Source: Eledone cirrhosa
Lineage: Eukaryota
Length of the DNA: 64,000 bases
Direction: 5' to 3'
NCBI GenBank assembly: GCA_964016885.1
Contig: OZ024742.1
Coordinates: 366,172,001 to 366,236,000, forward strand
The stretch's first letter is position 1. Every line of letters begins with the position of its first letter. The notes beneath the pieces were generated by a model. That model saw only the letters and a program-made list of their open reading frames with translations, made no database searches and was not told the DNA's origin. Shown here piece by piece: positions 28,930 through 43,800 of the stretch. Both the position numbers and the translations under genes were made by a program.

Positions 28930-31900
28930 TATGTCACTGTATTGTAGATATATCTTATAGTTCCCCTTATATAGTGTCTGTTGTGTCACTATATTGTAGA
29001 TATATCGTGTAGTCCCCTTATTTAGTGTCTGTTGTGTCACTATATTATAGATATATCTTATAGTTCACCTTATTTAGTGTTTGTCATGTCACTATATTGT
29101 AGATATATCTTATAGTTCTCCTTATTTAGTGTCTGTTGTGTCACTGTATTGTAGATATATCTTATAGTTCCCATTATTTAGTGTCTGTTATGTCACTATA
29201 TTGTAGATCTATCTTATAGTTCCCCTTATTTAGTGTCTGTTGTGTCACTGTATTGTAGATCTATCTCATAGTTCCCCTTATTTAGTATCTGTTGTGTCAC
29301 TGTATTGTAGATCTATCTTATAGTTCCCCTTATTTAGTGTCTGTTATGTCACTGTATTGTAGATCTATCTTATAGTTCCCCTTATTTAGTGTTTGTTGTG
29401 CCACTATATTATAGATATATCTTACAGTTCCCCTTATTTAGTGTCTGTTATGTCACTGTATTGTAGATCTATCTTATAGTTCCCCTTATTTAGTGTCTGT
29501 TGTGCCAATATATTATAGATATATCTTACAGTTCCCCTTATTTAGTGTCTGTTATGTCACTGTAATGTAGATATATCTTATAGTTCCCCGTATTAAGTGT
29601 CTGTTGTGTCACTATCTTATAGATATATCTTATAGTTCCCCTTATTTAGTGTCTGTTTTGTCACTGTATTGTAGATCTATCTTATAGTTCCCCCTATTTA
29701 GTGTCTGTTGTGTCATTGTTTTATAGATATAACTTATAATTCCCCTTATTTATTGTCTGTTATGTCACTGTATTGTAGATATATCTTATAGTTCCCCTTA
29801 TATAGTGTCTGTTGTGTCACTATATTGTAGATATATCGTGTATTCCCCTTATTTAGTGTCTGTTGTGTCACTATATTATAGATATATCTTATAGTTCACC
29901 TTATTTACTGTTTGTCATGTCACTATATTGTAGATATATCTTATAGTTCTCCTGATTTAGTGTCTGTTGTGTCACTGTATTGTAGATATATCTTATAGTT
30001 CCCCTTATTTTTTGTCTGTTGTGTCACTATATTGTAGATATATCTTATAGTTCCCCTTATTTAGTGTCATATATGTCACTATATTGTAGATATATCTTAT
30101 AGTTCCCCTTATTTAGTGTCTGTTATGTCACTGTATTGTAGATCTATCTTATAGTTCCCCTTATTTAGTGTATGTTGTGTCACTGTATTGTAAATCTATC
30201 TTATAGTTCCTCTTATTTAGTGTCTGTTGTATCACTGTATTGTAGATATATCTTATAGTTCCCCTTATTTAGTGTCTGTTGTGTCACTGTATTGTAGATC
30301 TATCTTATTGTGCCCCTTTTTTAGTGTCTGTTGTGTCTCTGTATTATAGATATAACTTATAGTTCCCCTTATGTATTGTCTGTTGTGTCACTATATTGTA
30401 GATACATCGTGTAGTCCCCTTATTTAGTGTCTGTTGTGTCACTATATTATAGATATATCTTATAGTTCACCTTATTTAGTGTTTGTCATGTCACTATATT
30501 GTAGATATATCTCATAGTTCTCCTTATTTAGTGTCTGTTGTGTCACCGTATTGTAGATATATCTTATAGTTCCCCTTATTTAGTGTCTGTTGTGTCACTA
30601 TATTGTAGATATATCTTATAGTTCCCCTTATTTAGTGTCATATATGTCACTATATTGTAGATATATCTTATAGTTCCCCTTATTTAGTGTCTGTTATGTC
30701 ACTGTATTGTAGATATATCTTATAGTTCTCCTTATTTAGTGTCTGTTGTGTCACTGTATTGTAGATATATCTTATAGTTCCCATTATTTAGTGTCTGTTA
30801 TGTCACTATATTGTAGATCTATCTTATAGTTCCCCTTATTTAGTGTCTGTTATCTCATTGTATTGTAGATCTATCTTATAGTTCCCCTTATTTAGTGTCT
30901 GTTGTGCCACTATATTATAGATATATCTTACAGTTCCCCTTATTTAGTGTCTGTTATGTCACTGTATTGTAGATATATCTTATAGTTCCTCTTATATAGT
31001 GTCTATTGTGTCACTATATTGTAAATATACCTTATAGTTCCCTTAATTAGTGTCTGTTATGTCACTGTATTGTCGATATATCTCATAGTTCCCCTTATTT
31101 AGTGTTTGTTATGTCACTGTATTGTAGATATATCTTATAGTTCTCCTTATTTAGAGTCTGTTGTGTCACTGTATTGTAGATATATCTTATAGTTCCCCTT
31201 ATTTAGTCTGTTGTGTCACTATATTGTAGATATATCTTATAGTTCCCCTTATTTAGTTTAAAAAATGTCACTCTATTGTAGATATATCTTATAGTTCCCC
31301 TTATTTAGTGTTTGTTATGTCACTGTATTGTAGATATACCTTATAGTGCCCCTTATTTAGTGTCTGTTGTGTCACTGTATTGTAGATATATCTTATAGTT
31401 CCCCTTATATAGTGTCTGTTGTGTCACTATATTGTAGATATATCGTGTAGTCCCCTTATTTAGTGTCTGTTGTGTCACTATATTATAGATATATCTTATA
31501 GTTCACCTTATTTAGTGTTTGTCATGTCACTATATTGTAGATATATCTTATAGTTCTCCTTATTTAGTGTCTGTTGTGTCACTGTATTGTAGATATATCT
31601 TATAGTTCCCATTATTTAGTGTCTGTTATGTCACTATATTGTAGATCTATCTTATAGTTCCCCTTATTTAGTGTCTGTTGTGTCACTGTATTGTAGATCT
31701 ATCTCATAGTTCCCCTTATTTAGTATCTGTTGTGTCACTGTATTGTAGATCTATCTTATAGTTCCCCTTATTTAGTGTCTGTTATGTCACTGTATTGTAG
31801 ATCTATCTTATAGTTCCCCTTATTTAGTGTTTGTTGTGCCACTATATTATAGATATATCTTACAGTTCCCCTTATTTAGTGTCTGTTATGTCACTGTATT

Positions 31901-33810
31901 GTAGATCTATCTTATAGTTCCCCTTATTTAGTGTCTGTTGTGCCAATATATTATAGATATATCTTACAGTTCCCCTTATTTAGTGTCTGTTATGTCACTG
32001 TAATGTAGATATATCTTATAGTTCCCCGTATTAAGTGTCTGTTGTGTCACTATCTTATAGATATATCTTATAGTTCCCCTTATTTAGTGTCTGTTTTGTC
32101 ACTGTATTGTAGATCTATCTTATAGTTCCCCCTATTTAGTGTCTGTTGTGTCATTGTTTTATAGATATAACTTATAATTCCCCTTATTTATTGTCTGTTA
32201 TGTCACTGTATTGTAGATATATCTTATAGTTCCCCTTATATAGTGTCTGTTGTGTCACTATATTGTAGATATATCGTGTATTCCCCTTATTTAGTGTCTG
32301 TTGTGTCACTATATTATAGATATATCTTATAGTTCACCTTATTTACTGTTTGTCATGTCACTATATTGTAGATATATCTTATAGTTCTCCTGATTTAGTG
32401 TCTGTTGTGTCACTGTATTGTAGATATATCTTATAGTTCCCCTTATTTTTTGTCTGTTGTGTCACTATATTGTAGATATATCTTATAGTTCCCCTTATTT
32501 AGTGTCATATATGTCACTATATTGTAGATATATCTTATAGTTCCCCTTATTTAGTGTCTGTTATGTCACTGTATTGTAGATCTATCTTATAGTTCCCCTT
32601 ATTTAGTGTATGTTGTGTCACTGTATTGTAAATCTATCTTATAGTTCCTCTTATTTAGTGTCTGTTGTATCACTGTATTGTAGATATATCTTATAGTTCC
32701 CCTTATTTAGTGTCTGTTGTGTCACTGTATTGTAGATCTATCTTATTGTGCCCCTTTTTTAGTGTCTGTTGTGTCTCTGTATTATAGATATAACTTATAG
32801 TTCCCCTTATGTATTGTCTGTTGTGTCACTATATTGTAGATACATCGTGTAGTCCCCTTATTTAGTGTCTGTTGTGTCACTATATTATAGATATATCTTA
32901 TAGTTCACCTTATTTAGTGTTTGTCATGTCACTATATTGTAGATATATCTCATAGTTCTCCTTATTTAGTGTCTGTTGTGTCACCGTATTGTAGATATAT
33001 CTTATAGTTCCCCTTATTTAGTGTCTGTTGTGTCACTATATTGTAGATATATCTTATAGTTCCCCTTATTTAGTGTCATATATGTCACTATATTGTAGAT
33101 ATATCTTATAGTTCCCCTTATTTAGTGTCTGTTATGTCACTGTATTGTAGATATATCTTATAGTTCTCCTTATTTAGTGTCTGTTGTGTCACTGTATTGT
33201 AGATATATCTTATAGTTCCCATTATTTAGTGTCTGTTATGTCACTATATTGTAGATCTATCTTATAGTTCCCCTTATTTAGTGTCTGTTATCTCATTGTA
33301 TTGTAGATCTATCTTATAGTTCCCCTTATTTAGTGTCTGTTGTGCCACTATATTATAGATATATCTTACAGTTCCCCTTATTTAGTGTCTGTTATGTCAC
33401 TGTATTGTAGATATATCTTATAGTTCCTCTTATATAGTGTCTATTGTGTCACTATATTGTAAATATACCTTATAGTTCCCTTAATTAGTGTCTGTTATGT
33501 CACTGTATTGTCGATATATCTCATAGTTCCCCTTATTTAGTGTTTGTTATGTCACTGTATTGTAGATATATCTTATAGTTCTCCTTATTTAGAGTCTGTT
33601 GTGTCACTGTATTGTAGATATATCTTATAGTTCCCCTTATTTAGTCTGTTGTGTCACTATATTGTAGATATATCTTATAGTTCCCCTTATTTAGTTTAAA
33701 AAATGTCACTCTATTGTAGATATATCTTATAGTTCCCCTTATTTAGTGTTTGTTATGTCACTGTATTGTAGATATACCTTATAGTGCCCCTTATTTAGTG
33801 TCTGTTGTGT
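28930..33810. repeat. Tandem duplication of a 2,438-bp (47-monomer) block
   Basis: GCCAATATA at 29504/31942, TATCTCATTG at 30851/33289 and TTTAAAAAATG at 31257/33695 are all exactly 2,438 bp apart. Confidence 0.9.
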
Positions 33811-36800
33811 CACTATATTGTAGATATATCCTATAGTTCCCCTTATTTAGTGTCTGTTATGTCACTGTATTGTAGATATATCTTATAGTTCCCCTTATTT
33901 AGTGTCTGTTATGCCACTATATTGTAGATCTATCTCATAGTTCCCCCTATTTAGTGTCTCTTATGTCACTATATTGTAGATCTATCTTATAGTTCCCCTT
34001 ATTTATTGTCTGTTGTGTCACTATATTGTAGATATATCTTATAGTTCTCCTTATTAAGTGTCTACAGTGTCACCATATTGAAGATATATCTTATAGTTCC
34101 CCTTATTTAGTGTCTGCTGTGTCACTGTATTGTAGATCTATCTTATAGTTCCCCTTATTTAGTGTCTGTTGTATCACTGTATTGTAGATATATCTTATAG
34201 TTCCCCTTATTTAGTGTCTGTTGTGTCACTCTATTGTAGATATATCTCATAGTTCTCCTTATTTAGTGTCTGTTGTGTCAATATATTATAGATATATCTT
34301 ATAGTTCCCCTTATTTAGTGTCTGTTATGTCACTGTATTGTAGATCTATCTTATAGTTCCCCTTATTTAGTGTCTGTTGTATCACTGTATTGTAGATATA
34401 TCTTATAGTTCCCCTTATTTAGTGTCTGTTGTGTCACTGTATTGTAGATATATCTCATAGTTCTCCTTATTTAGTGTCTGTTGTGTCACTATATTGGAGA
34501 TCTATCGTATAGTTCCCCATATTTAGTGTCTGTTATGTGACTATATTATAGATATATCTTATAGTTCCCCTTATTTATTGTCTGTTATGTCACTGTATTG
34601 TAGATATATCTTATAGTTCCCCTTATATAGTGTCTGTTGTGTCACTATATTGTAGATATATCGTGTAGTCCCCTTATTTAGTGTCTGTTGTGTCACTATA
34701 TTATAGATATATCTTATAGTTCACCTTATTTAGTGTTTGTCATGTCACTATATTGTAGATATATCTTATAGTTCTCCTTATTTAGTGTCTGTTGTGTCAC
34801 TGTATTGTAGATATATCTTATAGTTCCCATTATTTAGTGTCTGTTATGTCACTATATTGTAGATCTATCTTATAGTTCCCCTTATTTAGTGTCTGTTGTG
34901 TCACTGTATTGTAGATCTATCTCATAGTTCCCCTTATTTAGTATCTGTTGTGTCACTGTATTGTAGATCTATCTTATAGTTCCCCTTATTTAGTGTCTGT
35001 TATGTCACTGTATTGTAGATCTATCTTATAGTTCCCCTTATTTAGTGTTTGTTGTGCCACTATATTATAGATATATCTTACAGTTCCCCTTATTTAGTGT
35101 CTGTTATGTCACTGTATTGTAGATCTATCTCATAGTTCCCCTTATTTAGTGTCTGTTGTGCCACTATATTATAGATATATCTTACAGTTCCCCTTATTTA
35201 GTGTCTGTTATGTCACTGTAATGTAGATATATCTTATAGTTCCCCTTATTAAGTGTCTGTTGTGTCACTATCTTATAGATATATCTTATAGTTCCCCTTA
35301 TTTAGTGTCTGTTTTGTCACTGTATTGTAGATCTATCTTATAGTTCCCCCTATTTAGTGTCTGTTGTGTCATTGTATTATAGATATAACTTATAATTCCC
35401 CTTATTTATTGTCTGTTATGTCACTGTATTGTAGATATATCTTATAGTTTCCCTTATATAGTGTCTGTTGTGTCACTATATTGTAGATATATCGTGTATT
35501 CCCCTTATTTAGTGTCTGTTGTGTCACTATATTATAGATATATCTTATAGTTCACCTTATTTACTGTTTGTCATGTCACTATATTGTAGATATATCTTAT
35601 AGTTCTCCTGATTTAGTGTCTGTTGTGTCACTGTATTGTAGATATATCTTATAGTTCCCCTTATTTTGTGTCTGTTGTGTCACTATATTGTAGATATATC
35701 TTATAGTTCCCCTTATTTAGTGTCATATATGTCACTATATTGTAGATATATCTTATAGTTCCCCTTATTTAGTGTCTGTTATGTCACTGTATTGTAGATC
35801 TATCTTATAGTTCCCCTTATTTAGTGTATGTTGTGTCACTGTATTGTAAATCTATCTTATAGTTCCTCTTATTTAGTGTCTGTTGTATCACTGTATTGTA
35901 GATATATCTTATAGTTCCCCTTATTTAGTGTCTGTTGTGTCACTGTATTGTAGATCTATCTTATTGTGCCCCTTTTTTAGTGTCTGTTGTGTCACTGTAT
36001 TATAGATATGACTTATAGTTCCCCTTATGTATTGTCTGTTGTGTCACTATATTGTAGATACATCGTGTAGTCCCCTTATTTAGTGTCTGTTGTGTCACTA
36101 TATTATAGATATATCTTATAGTTCACCTTATTTAGTGTTTGTCATGTCACTATATTGTAGATATATCTTATAGTTCTCCTTATTTAGTGTCTGTTGTGTC
36201 ACCGTATTGTAGATATATCTTATAGTTCCCCTTATTTAGTGTCTGTTGTGTCACTATATTGTAGATATATCTTATAGTTCCCCTTATTTAGTGTCATATA
36301 TGTCACTATATTGTAGATATATCTTATAGTTCCCCTTATTCAGTGTCTGTTATGTCACTGTATTGTAGATATATCTTATAGTTCCCCTTATTTAGTGTCT
36401 GTTATGTCACTATATTGTAGATATATCTTATAGTTCCCCTTATTTAGTGTCTGTTATGTCACTGTATTGTAGATCTATCTTATAGTTCCCCTTATTCAGT
36501 GTCTGTTGTATCACTGTATTGTAGATATATCTTATAGTTCCCCTTATTTAGTGCATGTTTTGTCACTGTATTGTAGATCTAACTTATAGTTCCCCCTATT
36601 TAGTGTCTGTTGTGTCATTGTATTATAGATATAACTTATAGTTCCCCTTATTTATTGTCTGTTATATCACTGTATTGTAGATATATCTTATAGTCCCCCA
36701 TATATAGTGTCTGTTGTGTCACTATATTGTAGATATATCGTGTATTCCCCTTATTTAGTGTCTGTTGTGTCACTATATTATAGATATATCTTATAGTTCA

Positions 36801-39800
36801 CCTTATTTACTGTTTGTCATGTCACTATATTGTAGATATATCTTATAGTTCTCCTGATTTAGTGTCTGTTGTGTCACTGTATTGTAGATATATCTTATAG
36901 TTCCCCTTATTTAGTGTCTGTTGTGTCACTATATTGTAGATATATCTTATAGTTCCCCTTATTTAGTGTCATATATGTCACTATATTGTAGATCTATCTT
37001 ATAGTTCCCCTCATTTAGTGTCAGTTGTGTCACTGTATTGTAAATCTATCTTATAGTTCCTCTTATTTAGTGTCTGTTGTATCACTGTATTGTAGATATA
37101 TCTTATAGTTCCCCTTATTTAGTGTCTGTTGTGTCACTGTATTGTATATCTATCTTATAGTGCCCCTTTTTTAGTGTCTGTTGTGTCACTGTATTATAGA
37201 TATAACTTATAGTTCCCCTTATGTATTGTCTGTTTTGTCACTATATTGTAGATACATCGTGTAGTCCCCTTATTTAGTGTCTGTCGTGTCACCATATTAT
37301 AGATATATCTTATAGTTCACCTTATTTAGTGTTTGTCATGTCACTATATTGTAGATATATCTTATAGTTCTCCTTATTTAGTGTCTGTTGTGTCACTGTA
37401 TTGTAGATATATCTTATAGTTCCTCTTATTTAGTGTCTGTTGTGTCACTGTATTGTAGATCTATCTTATAGTTCCCCTTATTTAGTGTCTGTTGTGTCAC
37501 TGTATGGTAGATATATCTTATAGTTCCCCTTATTTAGTGTCTGTTATTTCACTGTATGGTAGATATATCTTATAGTTCCCCTTATTTAGTGTCTGTTGTC
37601 TCACTGTATGGTAGATATATCTTATAGTTCCCCTTATTTAGTGTCTGTTATTTCACTGTATTGTAGATATATCTTATAGTTCATCTTATTTAGTGTCTGT
37701 TTTGTCACTATATTGTAGATCTATCTTATAGTTCCCCTTATTTAGTGTCTGTTTTGTCACTATATTGTAGATCTATCTTATAGTTCCCCTTATTTAGTGT
37801 CTGTTGTGTCACTGTATGGTAGATATATCTTATAGTTCCCCTTATTTAGTGTCTGTTATTTCACTATATTGTAGATATATCTTATAGTTCCCCTTATTTA
37901 GTGTCTGTTTTGTCACTATATTGTAGATCTATCTTATAGTTCCCCTTATTTAGTGTCTGTTTTGTCACTATATTGTAGATTTATCTTATAGTTCATCTTA
38001 TTTAGTGTCTGTTGTGTCACTGTATTGTAGATATATCTTATAGTTCCCCTCATTTAGTGTCTGTTGTGTCACTGTATTGTAGATCTATCTTATAGTTCTC
38101 CTTATTTAGTGTCTGTTATGTCACTATATTGTAGATCTATCTTATAGTTCCCCTTATTTAGTGTCTGTTTTGTCACTATATTGTAGATCTATCTTATAGT
38201 TCCCCTTATTTAGTGTCTGTTGTGTCACTGTATGGTAGATATATCTTATAGTTCCCCTTATTTAGTGTCTGTTGTTTAACTATGTTATAGATATATCTTA
38301 TAGTTCCCCTTATTTAGTGTCTGTTATGTCACTGTATTGTAGATCTATCTTATAGTTCCCCTTATTTAGTGTCTGTTGTTTCACTATATTATAGATATAT
38401 CTTATAGTTCCCCTTATTTAGTGTCTGTCATGTCACTTTATTGAAGATATATCTTATAGTTCCCCTTATTTAGTGTCTGTTGTGTCACTGTATTGTAGAT
38501 ATATCTCATAGTTCTCCTTATTTAGTGTCTGTTGTGTCACTATATTGGAGATCTATCGTATAGTTCCCCTTATTTAGTGTCTGTTATGTCACTATATTGT
38601 AGATATATCTTATAGTTCCCCTTATTTATTGTCTGTTATGTCACTGTATTGTAGATATATCTAATAGTTCCCCTTATATAGTGTCTGTTGTGTCACTATA
38701 TTGTAGATATATCGTGTAGTCCCCTTATTTAGTGTCTGTTGTGTCACTATATTATAGATATATCTTATAGTTCACCTTATTTAGTGTTTGTCATGTCACT
38801 ATATTGTAGATATATCTTATAGTTCTCCTTATTTAGTGTCTGTTGTGTCACTGTATTGTAGATATATCTGATAGTTCCCATTATTTAGTGTCTGTTATGT
38901 CACTATATTGTAGATCTATCTTATAGTTCCCCTTATTTAGTGTCTGTTGTGTCACTGTATTGTAGATCTATCTCATGTTCCCCTTATTTAGTATCTGTTG
39001 TGTCACTGTATTGTAGATCTATCTTATAGTTCCCCTTATTTAGTGTCTGTTATGTCACTGTATTGTAGATCTATCTTATAGTTCCCCTTATTTAGTGTTT
39101 GTTGTGTCACTATATTATAGATATATCTTACAGTTCCCCTTATTTAGTGTCTGTTATGTCACTGTATTGTAGATCTATCTCATAGTTCCCCTTATTTAGT
39201 GTCTGTTGTGCCACTATATTATAGATATATCTTACAGTTCCCCTTATTTAGTGTCTGTTATGTCACTGTAATGTAGATATATCTTATAGTTCCCCTTATT
39301 AAGTGTCTGTTGTGTCACTATCTTATAGATTTATCTTATAGTTCCCCTTATTTAGTGTCTGTTTTGTCACTGTATTGTAGATCTATCTTATAGTTCCCCC
39401 TATTTAGTGTCTGTTGTGTCATTGTATTATAGATATAACTTATAGTTCCCCTTATTTATTGTCTGTTATGTCACTGTATTGTAGATATATCTTATAGTTC
39501 CCCTTATATAGTGTCTGTTGTGTCACTATATTGTAGATATATCGTGTATTCCCCTTATTTAGTGTCTGTTGTGTCACTATATTATAGATATATCTTATAG
39601 TTCACCTTATTTTCTGTTTGTCATGTCACTATATTGTAGATATATCTTATAGTTCTCCTGATTTAGTGTCTGTTGTGTCACTGTATTGTAGATATATCTT
39701 ATAGTTCCCCTTATTTAGTGTCTGTTGTGTCACTACATTGTAGATATATCTTATAGTTCCCCTTATTTAGTGTCATATATGTCACTATATTGTAGATATA

Positions 39801-40854
39801 TCTTATAGTTCCCCTTATTTACTGTCTGTTATGTCACTGTATTGTAGATCTATCTTATAGTTCCCCTTATTTAGTGTCTGTTGTGTCACTGTATTGTAAA
39901 TCTATCTTATAGTTCCTCTTATTTAGTGTCTGTTGCGTCACTGTATTGTAGATCTATCTTATAGTGCCCCTTTTTTAGTGTCTGTTGTGTCACTGTATTA
40001 TAGATATAACTTATAGTTCCCCTTATGTATTGTCTGTTGTGTCACTATATTGTAGATACATCGTGTAGTCCCCTTATTTAGTGTCTGTTGTGTCACTATA
40101 TTATAGATATATCTTATAGTTCACCTTATTTAGTGTTTGTCATGTCACTATATTGTAGATATATCTTATAGTTCTCCTTATTTAGTGTCTGTTGTGTCAC
40201 CGTATTGTAGATATATTTTATAGTTCCCCTTATTTAGTGTCTGTTGTGTCACTATATTGTAGATATATCTTATAGTTCCCCTTATTTAGTGTCATATATG
40301 TCACTATATTGTAGATATATCTTATAGTTCCCCTTATTCAGTGTCTGTTGTATCACTGTATTGTAGATATATCTTATAGTTCCCCTTATTTAGTGTATGT
40401 TTTGTCACTGTATTGTAGATCTAACTTATAGTTCCCCCTATTTAGTGTCTGTTGTGTCATTGTATTATAGATATAACTTATAGTTCCCCTTATTTATTGA
40501 CTGTTATGTCACTGTATTGTAGATATATCTTATAGTCCCCCTTATATAGTGTCTGTTGTGTCACTATATTGTAGATACATCGTGTAGTCCCCTTATTTAG
40601 TGTCTGTTGTGTCACTATATTATAGATATATCTTATAGTTCACCTTATTTACTGTTTGTCATGTCACTATATCGTAGATATATCTTATAGTTCTCCTGAT
40701 TTAGTGTCTGTTGTGTCACTGTATTGTAGATATATCTTATAGTTCCCCTTATTTAGTGTCTGTTGTGTCACTATATTGTAGATATATCTTATAGTTCCCC
40801 TTATTTAGTGTCATATATGTCACTATATTGTAGATATATCTTATAGTTCCCTTT

Positions 40855-43800
40855 ATTTAGTGTCTGTTATGTCACTGTATTGTAGATCTATCTTATAGTT
40901 CCCCTTATTTAGTGTCTGTTGTGTCACTGTATTGTAAATCTATCTTATAGTTCCTCTTATTTAGTGTCTGTTGTATCACTGTATTGTAGATATATCTTAT
41001 AGTTCCCCTTATTTAGTGTCTGTTGTGTCACTGTATTGTATATCTATCTTATAGCGCCCCTTTTTTAGTGTCTGTTGTGTCACTGTATTATAGATATAAC
41101 TTATAGTTCCCCTTATGTATTGTCTGTTGTGTCACTATATTGTAGATACATCGTGTAGTCCCCTTATTTAGTGTCTGTCGTGTCACTATATTATAGATAT
41201 ATCTTATAGTTCACCTTATTTACTGTTTGTCATGTCACTATATCGTAGATATATCTCATAGTTCTCCTTATTTAGTGTCTGTTGTGTCACCGTATTGTAG
41301 ATATATCTTATAGTTCCCCTTATTTAGTGTCTGTTGTGTCACTATATTGTAGATATATCTTATAGTTCCCCTTATTTAGTGTCATATATGTCACTATATT
41401 GTAGATATATCTTATAGTTCCCCTTATTCAGTGTCTGTTATGTCACTGTATTGTAGATATATCTTATAGTTCTCCTTATTTAGTGTCTGTTGTGTCACTG
41501 TATTGTAGATATATCTTATAGTTCCCATTATTTAGTGTCTGTTATGTCACTATATTGTAGATCTATCTTATAGTTCCCCTTATTTAGTGTCTGTTATGTC
41601 ATTGTATTGTAGATCTATCTTATAGTTCCCCTTATTTAGTGTCTGTTGTGCCACTATATTATAGATATATCTTACAGTTCCCCTTATTTAGTGTCTGTTA
41701 TGTCACTGTATTGTAGATATATCTTATAGTTCCTCTTATATAGTGTCTATTGTGTCACTATATTGTAAATATACCTTATAGTTCCCTTAATTAGTGTCTG
41801 TTATGTCACTGTATTGTCGATATATCTCATAGTTCCCCTTATTTAGTGTTTGTTATGTCACTGTATTGTAGATATATCTTATAGTTCTCCTTATTTAGAG
41901 TCTGTTGTGTCACTGTATTGTAGATATATCTTATAGTTCCCCTTATTTAGTCTGTTGTGTCACTATATTGTAGATATATCTTATAGTTCCCCTTATTTAG
42001 TTTAAAAAATGTCACTCTATTGTAGATATATCTTATAGTTCCCCTTATTTAGTGTTTGTTATGTCACTGTATTGTAGATATACCTTATAGTGCCCCTTAT
42101 TTAGTGTCTGTTGTGTCACTATATTGTAGATATATCCTATAGTTCCCCTTATTTAGTGTCTGTTATGTCACTGTATTGTAGATATATCTTATAGTTCCCC
42201 TTATTTAGTGTCTGTTATGCCACTATATTGTAGATCTATCTCATAGTTCCCCCTATTTAGTGTCTCTTATGTCACTATATTGTAGATCTATCTTATAGTT
42301 CCCCTTATTTATTGTCTGTTGTGTCACTATATTGTAGATATATCTTATAGTTCTCCTTATTAAGTGTCTACAGTGTCACCATATTGAAGATATATCTTAT
42401 AGTTCCCCTTATTTAGTGTCTGCTGTGTCACTGTATTGTAGATCTATCTTATAGTTCCCCTTATTTAGTGTCTGTTGTATCACTGTATTGTAGATATATC
42501 TTATAGTTCCCCTTATTTAGTGTCTGTTGTGTCACTCTATTGTAGATATATCTCATAGTTCTCCTTATTTAGTGTCTGTTGTGTCAATATATTATAGATA
42601 TATCTTATAGTTCCCCTTATTTAGTGTCTGTTATGTCACTGTATTGTAGATCTATCTTATAGTTCCCCTTATTTAGTGTCTGTTGTATCACTGTATTGTA
42701 GATATATCTTATAGTTCCCCTTATTTAGTGTCTGTTGTGTCACTGTATTGTAGATATATCTCATAGTTCTCCTTATTTAGTGTCTGTTGTGTCACTATAT
42801 TGGAGATCTATCGTATAGTTCCCCATATTTAGTGTCTGTTATGTGACTATATTATAGATATATCTTATAGTTCCCCTTATTTATTGTCTGTTATGTCACT
42901 GTATTGTAGATATATCTTATAGTTCCCCTTATATAGTGTCTGTTGTGTCACTATATTGTAGATATATCGTGTAGTCCCCTTATTTAGTGTCTGTTGTGTC
43001 ACTATATTATAGATATATCTTATAGTTCACCTTATTTAGTGTTTGTCATGTCACTATATTGTAGATATATCTTATAGTTCTCCTTATTTAGTGTCTGTTG
43101 TGTCACTGTATTGTAGATATATCTTATAGTTCCCATTATTTAGTGTCTGTTATGTCACTATATTGTAGATCTATCTTATAGTTCCCCTTATTTAGTGTCT
43201 GTTGTGTCACTGTATTGTAGATCTATCTCATAGTTCCCCTTATTTAGTATCTGTTGTGTCACTGTATTGTAGATCTATCTTATAGTTCCCCTTATTTAGT
43301 GTCTGTTATGTCACTGTATTGTAGATCTATCTTATAGTTCCCCTTATTTAGTGTTTGTTGTGCCACTATATTATAGATATATCTTACAGTTCCCCTTATT
43401 TAGTGTCTGTTATGTCACTGTATTGTAGATCTATCTCATAGTTCCCCTTATTTAGTGTCTGTTGTGCCACTATATTATAGATATATCTTACAGTTCCCCT
43501 TATTTAGTGTCTGTTATGTCACTGTAATGTAGATATATCTTATAATTCCCCTTATTAAGTGTCTGTTGTGTCACTATCTTATAGATATATCTTATAGTTC
43601 CCCTTATTTAGTGTCTGTTTTGTCACTGTATTGTAGATCTATCTTATAGTTCCCCCTATTTAGTGTCTGTTGTGTCATTGTATTATAGATATAACTTATA
43701 ATCCCCCTTATTTATTGTCTGTTATGTCACTGTATTGTAGATATATCTTATAGTTTCCCTTATATAGTGTCTGTTGTGTCACTATATTGTAGATATATCG

